Below are positions 11,928 to 25,829 of a stretch of DNA of 64,000 nucleotides, piece after piece; position 1 is the first letter of the stretch, and every line of letters begins with the position of its first letter. The stretch lies in assembly GCA_028534125.1 (NCBI GenBank), contig CM052817.1, positions 84,446,001 to 84,510,000 on the forward strand. Direction: 5' to 3'. Source of the DNA: Lama glama. Lineage: Eukaryota. Made by a program: the position numbers and the translations under genes. The notes under the pieces are model-generated. The model saw nothing but the letters and a program-made list of their open reading frames with translations, ran no database searches and was not told where the DNA came from.

Positions 11928-14256
11928 TATTGATTAGCATAAAACAACAGGAAATAAAAAAGCTAATAATAGCTAAAATGTACCAGGTAATTACTGAGTT
12001 CCAGGAACTGTCCTACATGCTTGTAGACACTGTCTCACCACAATAACTCTGTGCATTAAGTAATATTGTTGTATCAAACTGAAGTCTAGAGAGTAAGGTT
12101 GACAGAGGTTTGCCAACTTGCAAGTATTCACAGGTAAGCAATGAAACTGATATTTAAACAGAGTCCTCTGATACACTGGCAACCAAAAAATAGCCCCAAT
12201 AGTACTGCATAAGATTAAGCATATAAGGAAATGCTTTGCTTTAAATAACTCCAATTTATAAAAATTTGACTATCAGATAAAATAATTTTTTTCTGCTTGC
12301 AAAATGATTCATCAGATGACAAAACAAAAACAAAAAACAAAAACTACCTTATACCAGTGCATGTAAAATCTAAGCTTAGAGATAATTTCAGAAGTGAATC
12401 TACTATATAAATCAATGAATAAATCTACCAGATATAAAATTCTATTTATTTTAAAAGGAAAAACTGAAGGGGTAAGATATTTATCTGGTAATGATAAAAT
12501 TGAGTAACCTCTGACTAAGCATAGCATCCACTCTGACTTAGTTTTCTTGCCTTTAGAAAGGGGATAATAACACTTGTTCTACTTGTGTCATGGCGTTGCT
12601 GCACAAGTCAAAATAGATAATATACATTAAAGTGCACTGTAAACTGTAAAGAAATGTAAGGTCAGAGCATGATTAAAGAAAAAAAATTGTGTTAGAGACA
12701 CAGTAGGAATGAGGTCCAAGGTAGAGGATCCTAGAGTAAGGAACTCAGTTCTGTCACTAACCAGTGATGAGGCTTAATGTACTTCACTTGACCACAAGAG
12801 TGTCTCAGCGGTCTCATATCCAACAACAGAGAAGTAGATTAGATAATGTGCCAGAACTAAAATTCTATAATAGATGATTTCCTGATTTCTATGTAATTTG
12901 CCTAATGATTCTACTTCTAAATTTTCTCTCAATTGTGTATTCCATTTCCACTTTCATGGCCCAATGTTTGATCTCATCATAACTTTCCAGGACTATTCCA
13001 ATGGATTTCAAACTGATTTCTTTGCTGCTGGTCTCCTCTTTAATTCATCCTCTACAATGAATCTCATCTGCAAAAAAAAAAATTATCTGGTGATAAAAAT
13101 TCTTGTTTAATAATGATTTCTGGGTTCCCCACTTCCTTGGGCATATAATCAGCACTTTTCTGCATGACACATAAAGTTAGTCATCATCTGACCTCAAACA
13201 TCTCATCTCTTGCTAATTCCCCTCATATAATTTCTGTTCCAGGTAGGAGAGACTACCAAATCCTGTTTCTTAAACATATCCTTGTCTATTTGTTTACATG
13301 CTTGACTTTTCTGATAAATTCCTCAAGAATCTTCAAGACTTAGCTTAAAAGTGTCCTCATTTCAAGTCTTCCCTAACTTCGCCTAGGCAAAAGGCCCTAT
13401 AATCCCAGTCCCCATTAAACATAATACTTTTTCTACATTGTTAACAGATACTCCCCTTGTGGAATTGTGAGTTTATGAAAAAATTACGGTATGTATGATC
13501 ATTAAAGGCAAGGATCACATTGTATTAATTTTTAAATCCTCGGAGGTAACACAGTACCTGGCATATAGTAGACAAGTAAATATACCATAAATGAATAAAA
13601 GAGAGTACAAAAGGAAAGGGGGGAGAGAGAGAGTCATAGGTACAATTATTTCTTGATACTTTTACTCAGGTCTCGCATATCCAATTTTTTATTTATATGT
13701 GGAAATCCTTAAATAGTAATTTTGTGAACAATTCTTCCATATCTATCTCATTTGAAACAGAATCTCATACATAAAAGAAAAAAATTCAGGTACTGGTCTT
13801 ATGATCTATTTTTATAAGTATTAAAAGGAAAAATACCCTGAAAGGATTTAATTATATTTCCTAAAACGCACAAAGAATCATGTTTTGGGGGAAAAATAAG
13901 TAATAGTTTTATATGTATTTATTCCTATACATTGCTCCACAAGATAGCAAAGAAATAGTTCTTTGTATCTACTTCTGGCATGAAACAGTGAAAAATATTC
14001 TAGAATAAAAGTTGTAAGGTCTGTCTTAAACCTGCCTCTATCACCACAAAAGGCCATGTGAACTGAGCCAATCACTTAACTTCTCCAAGTCTCAGAATTG
14101 TAGCTATAAATTTGAGATAAAAAATAATTTTCCTGCATAGCTCACAGAATTATCATAAAGTTCAAATAAGCTAATACATATTAAATCACTTTATAAACTT
14201 TACTGTAGTTTACACAAAGACTATCACCATAATCTTGCCCCTTTTTAGATTTCAAG

Positions 14257-14761
14257 TTGTCAAGAATGAATGGTACAGCATTAATTTACAGCTGGTTTGA
14301 AAAAGCTTGGGGGATGTCTGAATGTCTGGCCTTGACTCTGGGCCAAAAAATGAAAAGTGAGATTTATGGTGTGCTGCTGAAGTCTGAATTGCCTCTGCTA
14401 ACCCCCAACAGGATCTGTTTGCTGATGGCTTTCACCTGGTATAACTGGTTAGACAGCCGGGCTAGACTATATGACCAGAGGGGCCAAAAAAAAAACCTTC
14501 TGCGCTGAGTTTTCCTGAAGCCTAGATTCATTGCACACATCTTGGTAGTTCAATCTGGAGACAAAGCATGTCTTTGTATGAATAAAGACCCTAGGGCACT
14601 TGTGCCTGGATGTCACTTGGGCCCCCATGCTTCCTGATGCTCTTTTTCTTACTGCACAATATCCTTCCCCTTTAAATAAAAGCTTTATGTGAGTATGCTC
14701 TGTGGAATGTTGTGAGTCATTTCAGATATTCAAATTTATGAAATCTTTAAAGTTGCCAACA
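14257..14761 (+). mobile_element. ERVL-class solo LTR relic (family uncertain)
   Basis: TG...CA-bounded, more GC-rich block with aataaaagc...gtgagtatgctctgtggaatgttgtgagtc 3' motif. Confidence 0.5.
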
Positions 14762-16984
14762 AAAATAACTATAATTTTATTTTATGAAGGGCCTTTAATA
14801 ACTATACATTTATACTATTTTACACGTAAATGTTTTAGATATATGTCTGCTTATGTACATAATTTTGTAAAGGTCAAAAAACAATTTTCATCTTAAAAAA
14901 CAAATTTGATTAAAAAATAAGAATAGTTAAATATTAACAATCTTGATGTCGTAAGTACTCACATATTTCATTTTTGCTACAAAGAATTTTTAAAAGCAAA
15001 TTATTTTGTATTCAGGTAGGCTTCCTTGTCAAGCAATTTAAAATTTCTGAGATTTTTCTTTAATGTAATTTTCATCATTTATGATATTAAAGAGGTCTGA
15101 ATTAAATCTTTCAAAAACAAAGCTTTGCTCTGTAAGCAAAGTATAATCAAATATAACATAAAACACAGGATACGTGTATGTATTTTATATTAATATATAC
15201 TAGCATCAATCTCAACAGAAATTAAAATGCTTTAATTATCAATGCCTTTTCTGAGATTTTACAGCAAATAAAATGAGTCCATTTTAAGATAAATTTCTGT
15301 CTGTCTTTTATAGGCTCATATCAAGAGAATCCTAGAAATATTTACAGTATTTCTTTCATACAACGAAAAGTGCTAACACTTCTGAGAAAAAGACCCAGTT
15401 TTTATGGATTTGACACATAGTCTAAACTTTAGAATTTAAAATAAAACAAAAATGCATACATTAGGTACTTTAAATAAGTTCTTCTAAAATTATCCAGTAT
15501 AATAAAGTAAATCATTTATTTTTAAAGACTTCAGAAAATCCTCAATTTTAGACAAGGTTCTGAATTTTCAAGATCACTTCTGCTTTTAGGAAACTAATAG
15601 TAAGTAGCAAAACTGGAAAAAATTTATTTTCATTTTTTTCTCCTTTCAATCTTTAGTAGCAGTCTAATGATTAAAACAATTCAAAAGACAGAAGCCTACA
15701 AAGAAACTTTAAAAGCAACAGATTTTAATAATTCACATACTGAGTTATCAAAACTTTAAAACAGTCTCTTCAGTCTTGAAATAGTCATTTGTATATAATT
15801 TTTACATAATTCAAATTATTATATACAATTTAAAGTAGTTCAAAATTCTAATTTCTATGTTGGAATACAATTTTCCATCAGACTAGTAGTAGTTCTCTAT
15901 ACTTTCTGTGAATGAAAGTAAGTTTTTGCAATTATATATGCATAGTCTCTCTCTGAGTCTTATTCATTCAGAATGTATGGGAGAGGTATCTGCTCATCTG
16001 TTTTTCAGAACCTATATAGGTGATTCTAATATACAGCCACTGCCTAGATTTTACATAATAACCAAATAATTAACAGGCTTATCTTTCCAAAAGGTTGTAA
16101 ATAATTATTAAAAATGTAATTTTAGAGTCATATCACTGGGTACCACTGACAAAATGGAGAACATATTTATTCATTTGCTATTATTAAATAGGCTTATGCA
16201 ATGGAGATGCTCAAAAAATGCTTACCACGTGTCTGTGATGTTTGGAACACAGAAGGTGTTCTGTGAGATAATACAAAACAAAGATATGTGAGATACAGTA
16301 ATGTTTAGGAGGGCCACAAAGCCAACTTAAAGCATCACAAAAGATTAAAATAAAGCACTACGATTCATAGTAGATAGCATATTTGCATTTAGTTCAGGGA
16401 ATATTGAAGTGTGAGGTATTTAAAATAAGAATTGGCAGAGGAACAGTTAATCTCACAAGCAGAGGTAAAGAGAAAGTTTCAGGAAGGAAGAAAATAAGTA
16501 GAAGCATAAAGGTAGGAAAGTGGGGAAGATGGGAAAGGAGACCGGAAATGCATTGGGGTTACAATGTCAAGGACCTTAGTTGACGAGTTAAGTGATCTGT
16601 ATTAATTTAAGGGCAATGGAGAGCTGCTCAAATAATGGGATCAGAGCTGCACATTAGGAATTTAAGCCTGGCATTGTTGAAAAAGAATGGACTAGAATGA
16701 TGGTTTCATCTTTCTTTAACCAATCTATCATAGTAAATAGGCAAGATGATGGGAATATCTAAACTAAAGTGATGGTAACAGTAAGTAAGCAGTTCCACTC
16801 GGAGAGATGGCATAGATTTTACAGAGAGAATTTAAGAGACTCCATACATTCATTCTTTGAACAAATATTTACTGAATGCTTATGATAATGCCAGACACTA
16901 TGAATATAATCTGGACATGTTGAGCTTCATGTGGTCATGGCATGTCCAGCTTTTTTTTTTTTAAACTGTATTTCAGAAGCCCTA

Positions 16985-17760
16985 ACTTATTTTATTGAGC
17001 ACCTACATAGACCACACTAAGCACTGCTGTCAGTTCTGGTGATACAGTGATAAACAAGGAGTCAAAGGCTCTGACCTCGAAAAGTTTACACTGCATTAGA
17101 GGAGGACAGACAGTAAATATGTAAACAAATAAATGAGATAACTGCAGAAAGTGATAATGCAATGAAACAAATGATATATAACAATGAGAGAGAGACTTGG
17201 GTCATCAGTGACAACCTATCCTAAAGAAGAAATATTTGATCTAAGGTTTAAAGGACAATGATGTCAATTTAAGAAAATCTAAGATGAAAGAATTATAGGC
17301 AGAGGGATTTAATAATAAATGCAGAGTATGAGAAAGTCACTTAAATAAATGACAATTAGCAGGGATGTTTCATAGAAACGAGTAAGATGAAGTCAGAGGA
17401 AGGCAGCTCTCTCTGTGTCTCTCAGATCATATGTGTCTTTGGGTATAGTAAGAATTTTGGAAATTGTTCCAACTGCAATTAAAATCCACTGAGTGTTTTA
17501 AGCAGGTGAGTGATGTGATTTGTTTTATGTTTTGAGGAGACGACTTGGGCTGGTGTGTGAAGAATAAATAACAGTGAGATAAAAGTAAAAGCAGGCAAAC
17601 CAGACAGGAGGCAAATGCAAGCAAGAGGTAGTGGTGGCTTGGGGTAGCGATGATAGTGGTGATGACTGAATTTGTGATAATCTGTATCCAAAGCCAGCAT
17701 GACTTGGATCTGGGGGTAAAGCGAGAGAGGAGTCAAGCAAAACTTCTTAGGTTTGATGAC
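16985..17760 (-). mobile_element. L2 LINE relic
   Basis: tttattgagcacctac...gatacagtgataaacaag...aagcaggtgagtgatgtgatttgttttatgttttgagg, typical of reverse-oriented L2. Confidence 0.65.
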
Positions 17761-19538
17761 AGTATTAGCTACTAACTTGGGGAAGATTTCCGCTTCTTAC
17801 TTCAATCACAGCAATTCCACTTTTATCAGTGTTATATATTGGGGTTCTATGTATACAATTTTTTTAAAGGGCTTCTGTTGTTAAAGTTTGAAAACCACTG
17901 TCTAGCAATTCAAATATAGAGCTCAACAAAGTTATCAAGGCCAAAGGTATACATGCGGGAAACATTATTACTGAGATGAAAGTTTAAGTTGAGCAGGGTA
18001 AAGGTGATAAGTGGGGGAAAGCATGCAACATGTCTAAAAATATAATAAATGTCTACTTTAGTAGGTAGGATAAGGAAATGGGAAAAGCAAAGGCAAAGAA
18101 ATGGTGACAAAGGGCAGAGAAGAAATCAGGACACAAAAACAAAAGACCTAGCAGAAAAATGTTCAAGGGCAGAAAAAAAATCATCAATCAAAACGAATCA
18201 ATGACCAAGGAGAAAGGAGGATTTTGTTTCAAGGCAAAAGGGGCACCAATAATTTTGAGGAGAAGAATAAGAGACGTGGGTCCAAATCTAAAGTAAAAGA
18301 AATTCTGAAGAGTGACTATAGCAAATAGAGGCTCTTCTTCCAAGCAATTTCAAAGAATGAGAAGAAAACATAGTAATCTGAGGAATCATCAGGGCCTCGA
18401 GGTATATACCTATGCCTGAGGTCTTGGAAGAAACCCAAAAGAGACTAATATTTTTAAAAAGAATCGATATAACTGATGGAACAACACAGAAGAAGAAACA
18501 GAGTTTAGGGTTGTACAGTTGGCAAGACATGGGGACATAAAAATAGAAAGGAGTGAAAAAGAAAGGAAAGCTTAATCTGGTTCCTAGAAATTATAGCAGC
18601 AACAACAGAGGTAAGGCTGATTTCTAGAGCTAGAAGGGAAATGTCTACTGTCTATTTATTGCATTAATACTAACTTCCAAGTCTATTAGCAACTGATTTG
18701 TAAATATTACACAAGCCTACCTACACAGGTTGGATACTAAAGTAGAATAGAGAAAAGCAAAAATAAGAGTTACAGTATATTGTAACACTGTAAAGAAGCT
18801 CATTTTATTTCTATTAGAGATTAAGAAACTAAAGTTCAGTTAAGCAATCTGCCCAAGTCAATAGAAAATAAAAAATAAGAATACTCATCTAGAGCTGTCT
18901 GCCTTCATAGCCTATGCTCTTTATACTTCACATCACATAGAAGTGCACTTTTAGGTTAAGTGTGTAAATATGGAGTATTTGCAAAGTAAAATTATAATTA
19001 TCAATAAAATACATATTTTGAAATAAATCAGGGATCACCTATTTCAGGCAAAAGTTCCAAACAATGAAGTTATAAATTTATTTCTACTCTTGACTATTAT
19101 GTTCTAAAAGTAAAGTCTCATATTCTTCTTTATGCCCCTGAAAGATTAAGTGGGAAAGATACAAACATTTTTGTATAAGGGGTGACTAAGTAACCCTTTA
19201 ACATTAAAGTAAAATAGTGTGAAGATATAGGAAACTGACAGCAAGGCCCTATTTCTTATCTTAAAACATATTTTCTATGCTCATAAAACTAGCTGCCAAC
19301 ACATGAGGAACTGTCTGGCAATTCTTATGACTAAGCACATCTGCTCAGGGCCATTTCTCACTTGGGATAGTTTCCAAGAGACACTATGAATCAAAACTAG
19401 TGATCCATGAATTCCAGATTTCCATATAGCATTTTTATAATAAAAGACACAATATTATTCAAATTGGAATATGAAACATCTTAGAAAAATCTGTTATCTT
19501 AGGTAAAATAAAACTATTACCTGGTAAAGGTACATATA

Positions 19539-20240
19539 CAGTAGTCGCCCTTTTCTGCAGGAGAGAAGTTCCAAGACTCCCAGTAGATGTCTGAAAGTGC
19601 AGATTGTACTGAACCCTATATACAGCATGCTTTTCCTATACATATATATCCATGATAAAGTTTAAATTGGGCACATTAAGAGATTAATGACAGTAGCTAG
19701 TAACAATTATAACAACACACTGTAATAAAAGTTAACGTGAGTGTAGTTTCTCTCTCTCTCACAAGATACCTTACTGTACAAATTTAATGCTTTTCCATCT
19801 TAACTAAGCACATACCACACACTGTGGCTGTAACTTTTGCAGTCTGAAATGCGACAGCCAAACCAGCATGAATTTCCTTTTACTTCTTCACAATTTCACA
19901 GACAGAAGATACGTTTTTACCATTGATCTCAGCAGACTCAGCAGAAGATATTTTTTTCTTTATTAAATAGAGAGCTTTCACCTTTTCATTAGAAGCAGCA
20001 CTTTAAGGTTTCTCTTTGGCATATCTGAACTACCAACATCACTACTCTTGTGCTTTGGGGCCACTATTAAGTAAAATAAGGGTTACTTGGACACAAGCCT
20101 GCAATATCCTGGAGTGTCAATCTGATAATCGAGACACTACTAAGTGACGGGATTCAGCGGGATACAGTGGACAAAGAAGATAATTCACAACTGGGTAGGA
20201 CAAAGCAGGACAGTGTGAGATTTTAACACACAGGACTACT
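19539..20240. mobile_element. MER44/Tigger7-like DNA transposon
   Basis: ta|cagtagtcgcccttttctgcagg...gttccaagactcccagtagatgtctgaaa...gtactgaaccctata matches the recalled MER44 terminus. Confidence 0.8.
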
Positions 20241-20429
20241 AAGTGGACATACATTACTGCATGGTTGAAGAATATAACATATAATTTTCTAAATAATGAC
20301 TGTCAAGAAAAAAGTTGTGCCCCAAAAGATCAATTGCAAAATACACAAGTAGAAAACCCACATAAATCAGTTCAGCTCTGTCTTTCCAATGAAGTACAAT
20401 TTCATTAACTGACTTAATGGCTCAAAGTC

Positions 20430-21230
20430 GTTTTTAAGAACATCTGCCATGTGTCTAGCACTGTGTTAGATGATGGCATGATAAAAATGGCGACATTATG
20501 ATCCATACCTTTAAGGAGTTTAAAAATCAGCAAAGAGAGATTAATTTGTAAAGAATTAAGTACATTAAAGATCCTGTGACAGATATATTGCCGTCTACAG
20601 CCGAGGCACAAAGAAAGGCAAATTTGGTTCTACCTGGGAGGAAGAAACCATAAAGATTCAGAAAAAGATTTCTAGAAGATGTGACACTTGAACTGAATCT
20701 TGAAAGTTGAGAGGATATTTATCAAGAAAGGGCATTTTTAGGCAGCCTGAATAATGTGAGCAAAGTAGGGATTTATAAAATAGCATGGCTTGTTTGGGGA
20801 AACTAACAATAGTTCAGGAAATTGAGATGAAGAGTAATTAGATAGTTAAGTAGGCAGGGGTCAGGTCATAGAAGACTTTGTGTCATGCTGAGTAATTTGG
20901 ATTAAATCCCATAGGCATTTTGTAGACACTGAAGGAGATTGACGTGATCAGGTTTTATTTTAGAAAGATCATTTTGATGACAGTAAAAAGGAAGATGGGT
21001 GAGGGGTAAGCCAATTTGGAAGTTACTGGAGTAGCTCAGATGTGATGATGCAAAGGCAATGAGAATATAATGAATGATGCAGAAGTGAAGGATCTGAGAG
21101 ACACTTAGAAGGTAGAGTTGGGCCAGAAGGATTCAGGACGCATCCTAGTTTTCTGAAGCAGAAACTGTGTGGTACCATTTACAAATACAAAGAGAAGATT
21201 CGGGAGAGATGGTAACAAGCTTAGTTTAAT
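20430..21230 (-). mobile_element. L2 LINE relic
   Basis: gtgacacttgaactgaatcttgaaag, gtgatcaggttttattttagaaagatcattttg motifs. Confidence 0.6.
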
Positions 21231-22007
21231 GCCTCTGACCTATCTGGGTAGAGATAACCAGAGGAAACCTCAAACTACAAAAATTTAATGGGATCTCACC
21301 TTTAGAGATTGTTAAAGCCACAAAAGTATACATGAGATGAAACAGGTCCAATTTCAGCGATTCTGAGGCTATCATATCATATGTAAACTTATTAAAGATT
21401 GTTCCCACACTCAGCGCATACAGGTATATTAAGTGCTCAATAAATACAAAACAGATTGACAAATTACAGTTTCTTATATGAAGGTAGTATCTATGTCTGC
21501 TAATGAAATCATTCCTTAGTGGTTTAATTTTTTAAAATAAATATTCTAATACTGTTACTCTGTTGAGAGGATAATATGGACCCCTATGCAAATACTTTAG
21601 AATCAGTCTTTACAATACAACCTTTTACGAAGATAATATTAATTATTCATGAAAGCTATACGCAAATGACAATCTTTCAAAGACTTTACAAGGCAAATAT
21701 GAAATCTGAGCATATATGGCTTGAAAAATAATTATTTCCATAATGCAGCATATAAACAACTATATATGACAAAAAAGTTACCTACAGAGAAATAGCATAA
21801 AATCTCAGTTAGAATGAATAAATGCTCAGTATATCCACAAGAAGAGTAAAAATCTGGTGGAATGAGTCTGAGAAATCTTCCTCAAGAAGGCAAGTTTTAA
21901 GCAGATTTATAAAGTTACAGTTTTTCTAAGAAACAGAATAATGATCAAAGGCAAAAAGGAAGAAAACAAAAGTTCTTCTGTGAGAAACAGCACAACGACT
22001 ATTGTTC

Positions 22008-22165
22008 GGGGAGGGGTATAGCTCAAGTTGTAGACAGCATGCTTAGCATGCACGAGGTCCTGGGTTCAATCTATGGTACCTCTTCTAAAAAATAAATAAA
22101 CCTAATTATCTCCCTACCCCCACCAAAATAAAAAATTAAATAATACAAATTAAAAAAGACAAAAA
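22008..22165 (+). mobile_element. tRNA-derived SINE (camelid Vic-1-like)
   Basis: ggggaggggtatagctcaagttgtaga...gcttagcatgcacgaggtcctgggttcaatc has A and B boxes, an A-rich tail and an imperfect TSD (aacgactattgt / aatgactactgt). Confidence 0.85.
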
Positions 22166-25100
22166 AATGACTACTGTATATAACTTGAGGATTAGGAAGG
22201 ATCAGGTGAATGGAAGTTCTTAGAAACTAGGCTAAAGAGCTTTACCTACTACGATAAAGTATCACCAGAAACTCTTAAAAAGGAAAACGATAAAAAGCTT
22301 TAATTACAAGTTCACACGATTCTCATTTTTTTTTGGAACGATAACATCAGACAACAAATGAAACTAATATGTTTTCAGTATAAGTACAAACTTAAACAAA
22401 TCTAGTGTTTAAAGAGATTCTAATTTAGTTATTCTTGGCATGGTTATATAGGGCATCTCAAAACCCAAATTCTGGTAATATCAATATGCCCATCATTTAG
22501 AATCTGTCAAACTTGAAAGCAACACCCTTTTCCCTAAAAGAAGCATCTGCTTATCCTTATGTTCTTTCAAATCTGTGGCAGGAAAAGCAGGCAGTTTTAT
22601 GTATACAACTCTGAACTGCTTAGTGTTAAGCTATGGAATACTGTCAGTAAATATTATGGCAAAGTTGCTCATGGACAATTAAACACTTCAGATACTTCAG
22701 GCTTTAGAAAACCACAACTAGTTTTATTAATCTCTAATCTCAGTTTATAATCTTTAAGCCCAAATGTCCAAAAGCCAAATGAAACTTTCACATAGATGTC
22801 AAAAAATGATGTATTCACGCATCATCCTTTAACAATAAACTCTCATTCTTGACTTCCTTACTGCTGTGAACACTGTCAGAGAGCCAGGTTTAGAAACTCA
22901 CTAGATTAGCAATCACAAGATGCAAGTTCTACTCTGGCTCCTCTATGAATTTGCTGTGCAACCCTGGACAATTTCTGAGCCTTTGGTTCAGTTTGGTTTC
23001 TTCCATAAACTTACGAAGCTGAACTAAGAGGATCATAAGATACCTTTAGCAATAAAATTCCATGGTTCTTCCCCTGTCCTTTAGACCAGTATCACCAGGT
23101 TCTGCCCATTTTCCCTATAGAGTCTTTTCTTTGCCTAATAGTCCATGAATTTTTATTTTTATCAATACTTAGTTCATGTATCAACACTAATCTATTATCA
23201 GTTACATACATTGCATATGTCTTCTCTCAGACTGTGGGTTGCCTTTTCATCTGATATATTAATTTTTGTAACATAAGTTTTACATTTTAACATACTCAAA
23301 TATATGAATCTTTTCCTTTTGGGCTTGTATTTAAATTCTGATTAAGAAGTACTTCCCTAGCAAAATACTAAAAGCAGAGTTTCTAATATTTTAAAATCTG
23401 TAAAGTTTTGATTTTTTCATTTACTTATTTAATCCATAAAACCATGTAAATGCCTAAATGTGAAAAGCAGGCTTTTTCCCCATAGACAGCTACAATTCCT
23501 AACATGATTGTTTCCCTACTGATTTATGCTGCTGTCACATACTAAACTTCTGCTCTATTCTGCCAAACTCAAATTCCTGTAAACAACACAGCATTTTATT
23601 CTACAGAATGGTTTTGGTATATGACACCTCACCATTTCACGCTAGGGTTAGTTTTTCAAGTTTCATTTTCTCTTCTTTTTCTCTCTCTCACACACATACA
23701 TGCATGCATGCACACTCACACACACTACAGGGGTTTTAATACAAACTATGTTAATTCAAAAGATTTGGGAAGTCTTATTCTCATTAGAGAATTTAATCAT
23801 CCCAACCAACTAAATTTTCCATTTACTTCACCTGTATATCTTCTGTTTCTTTGCTGAGACTTCCCATTTCTCTGCTGGGAATGTCTACTTTTTCATTTGT
23901 TTCAAGCTTGTTCATAATTTCTCATTAAAGTATTTTCCTGATACTGTTTAAAATTTTTGTCACACAATTTTAACATTTCTATCATCTAAGTGTTGGTTCT
24001 ACTGTCTTTTTCATTCAAACTGAGATTTTTCTGATTCTTGGCATGAATGACTTTTGTAGAAACCTAGACTTTTGGGGTATCATGCTATGAGATTCTAGTA
24101 TTATTTTTACTTATTTTATTTAGCTTATTTCCTCTGGTACATTTCTTTTGGTGGAATAAGGGGCTGTCTTTTACTGCCAAGCAGGGGTCGAGATTCTACC
24201 AGGCTTTTCTGGCATGGGTACAGGTGGGTCCATAGTTTTTTTCTGTGGTACTTGGCTGAGGTAGAGAGGTTATACTTCAGAAGCTTTTGTCATACTTGGC
24301 TGCTCCTTTTCTGGTCCTTCGGCTAGAGGGAGAAAGTCTTTGTTGGGGTGATGTCTATTTTGGGCTGAGCCTTGTTGGTGTTATCACAATGTCAGCTTCT
24401 TCAGTTCCAAGTCTGGGATATATGAGTCAAAAACAGAATTCAAACCAAAAAAACCCAGGGAACTGACCATAGCGCCATTCCTTGGCTCCTGAGGCACCTA
24501 GCCAATCTGCTTTCTTCTCTACACCTTTCAGTCTTCTTATTTTTGTTGTGTATATATGTCCTGTGGTTCTAGTTGTACTTAGCAGGAAGAATAGAAAAAA
24601 ACACTGCACCATCATCCACTACTGCTCTTTAATAAAGATGTTTACTATAATTTAAAACCTAGTTAAACCTTGTTCTTCTTTAGTTAATAAGGTTATTATT
24701 GCTAATATTGTTCAGAACATGTACACTCATATACTACTTTGGCTATTTAACTAATTCCAGCTTGACCACTAAGTACTTGTGCTAAATATGGCATCTGTCG
24801 ACGCCATAAAAGTCATTGTGCAAAGGACATGGATACAGGCAGAAAGAAATGATTGTCATCATTTTTGAAAACTACAACAGTTCATGTTAAGTGTGAATCT
24901 GTTTCTAGCCTCTCTAATCTGCTCAGTTTATCTATCCTCATGTCAATACTACGATCTTTTGATTTTTCAGTTAAGTCATAATAACGTGGTACAGGAAGTC
25001 CACCCAGGTTGTTTTCCTCTTCAAAAATGTTTATCTATTTACCTTTTGTATATCCATATAAATTTTAGAATCAGCTTTTCAAATTCTATAAAAATTCTGC

Positions 25101-25402
25101 TGGGTTTTTGACTGGAATTGGATTGAACGTAGTGATCATTTTAAGCTGCACAAATCATTTTAAGTGCACAAATATGTTTCTTCATTTCCAAAGTTATGGG
25201 AATTACCTAGGTGTCTTTTTCTTACTGATTTTAAACTTAATAGCCCTGTCCTAAGAAACTGTGGTCTATGTTAAATCAAACCTAAGAAAATTGTGAAGAA
25301 TTATCTTTTACCCCCCTAAATGAGTTCAATTTTTAAATGTTTTATATAGATATGAAAAGAGAGCAGATTATGCAGTACTTTTGTAAATGTCAAAACAACC
25401 TC

Positions 25403-25828
25403 TGTAGTGGGTTGAATACTGTCCCCCCAAAATTCAGGTCCATCTGGAACCTAATTTGGAAATAGGCTCTCTGTAGATATCGTTAAGGTAAGTGTCTGAA
25501 GAGGAAATCATCCTGAACCAGGGCAGGCTCTAAATCCTCTGACTGGTGCACCTATAAGAGAGGATAGACAAAGAAATAGAGAGAACAAGGCTATGTGAAA
25601 AGGAAGGTAGACTGAGATTGGAATTATGTTGTCATAAGCCAAGAATACCCAAGGCCAACAGCAGCTGGAAGAGGCAAGGAAAGACTCTTCCCTAGAACCT
25701 TCAGAGGGAGCATGGCCCTCCTAACACCTTGATTTCAAACTTCCAGCCTCCAGAACTGACAGGATAAATTTCTGTGGTATGCCACCAAGTTTGTGGTAAT
25801 GTTATGGCAGCCCTAGGAAACAAATACA
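25403..25828 (+). mobile_element. MaLR solo LTR (MLT1B/C-like)
   Basis: tgtagtgggttgaatactgtccccccaaaattc ... ttgtggtaatgttatggcagccctaggaaacaaataca; acctc/cctc duplicated at the flanks. Confidence 0.85.
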
Positions 25829-25829
25829 C

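Noticed and set aside
16911..16949. Hairpin ctggacatg...catgtccag
   Set aside because: A 9-bp stem inside L2-like sequence; this is expected by chance in 64 kb and there is no other support.
22008..22085. tRNA gene (also 43060-43140)
   Set aside because: The tRNA-like heads carry a shared SINE tail and A-rich end, and the acceptor stems are not intact; these are SINEs.
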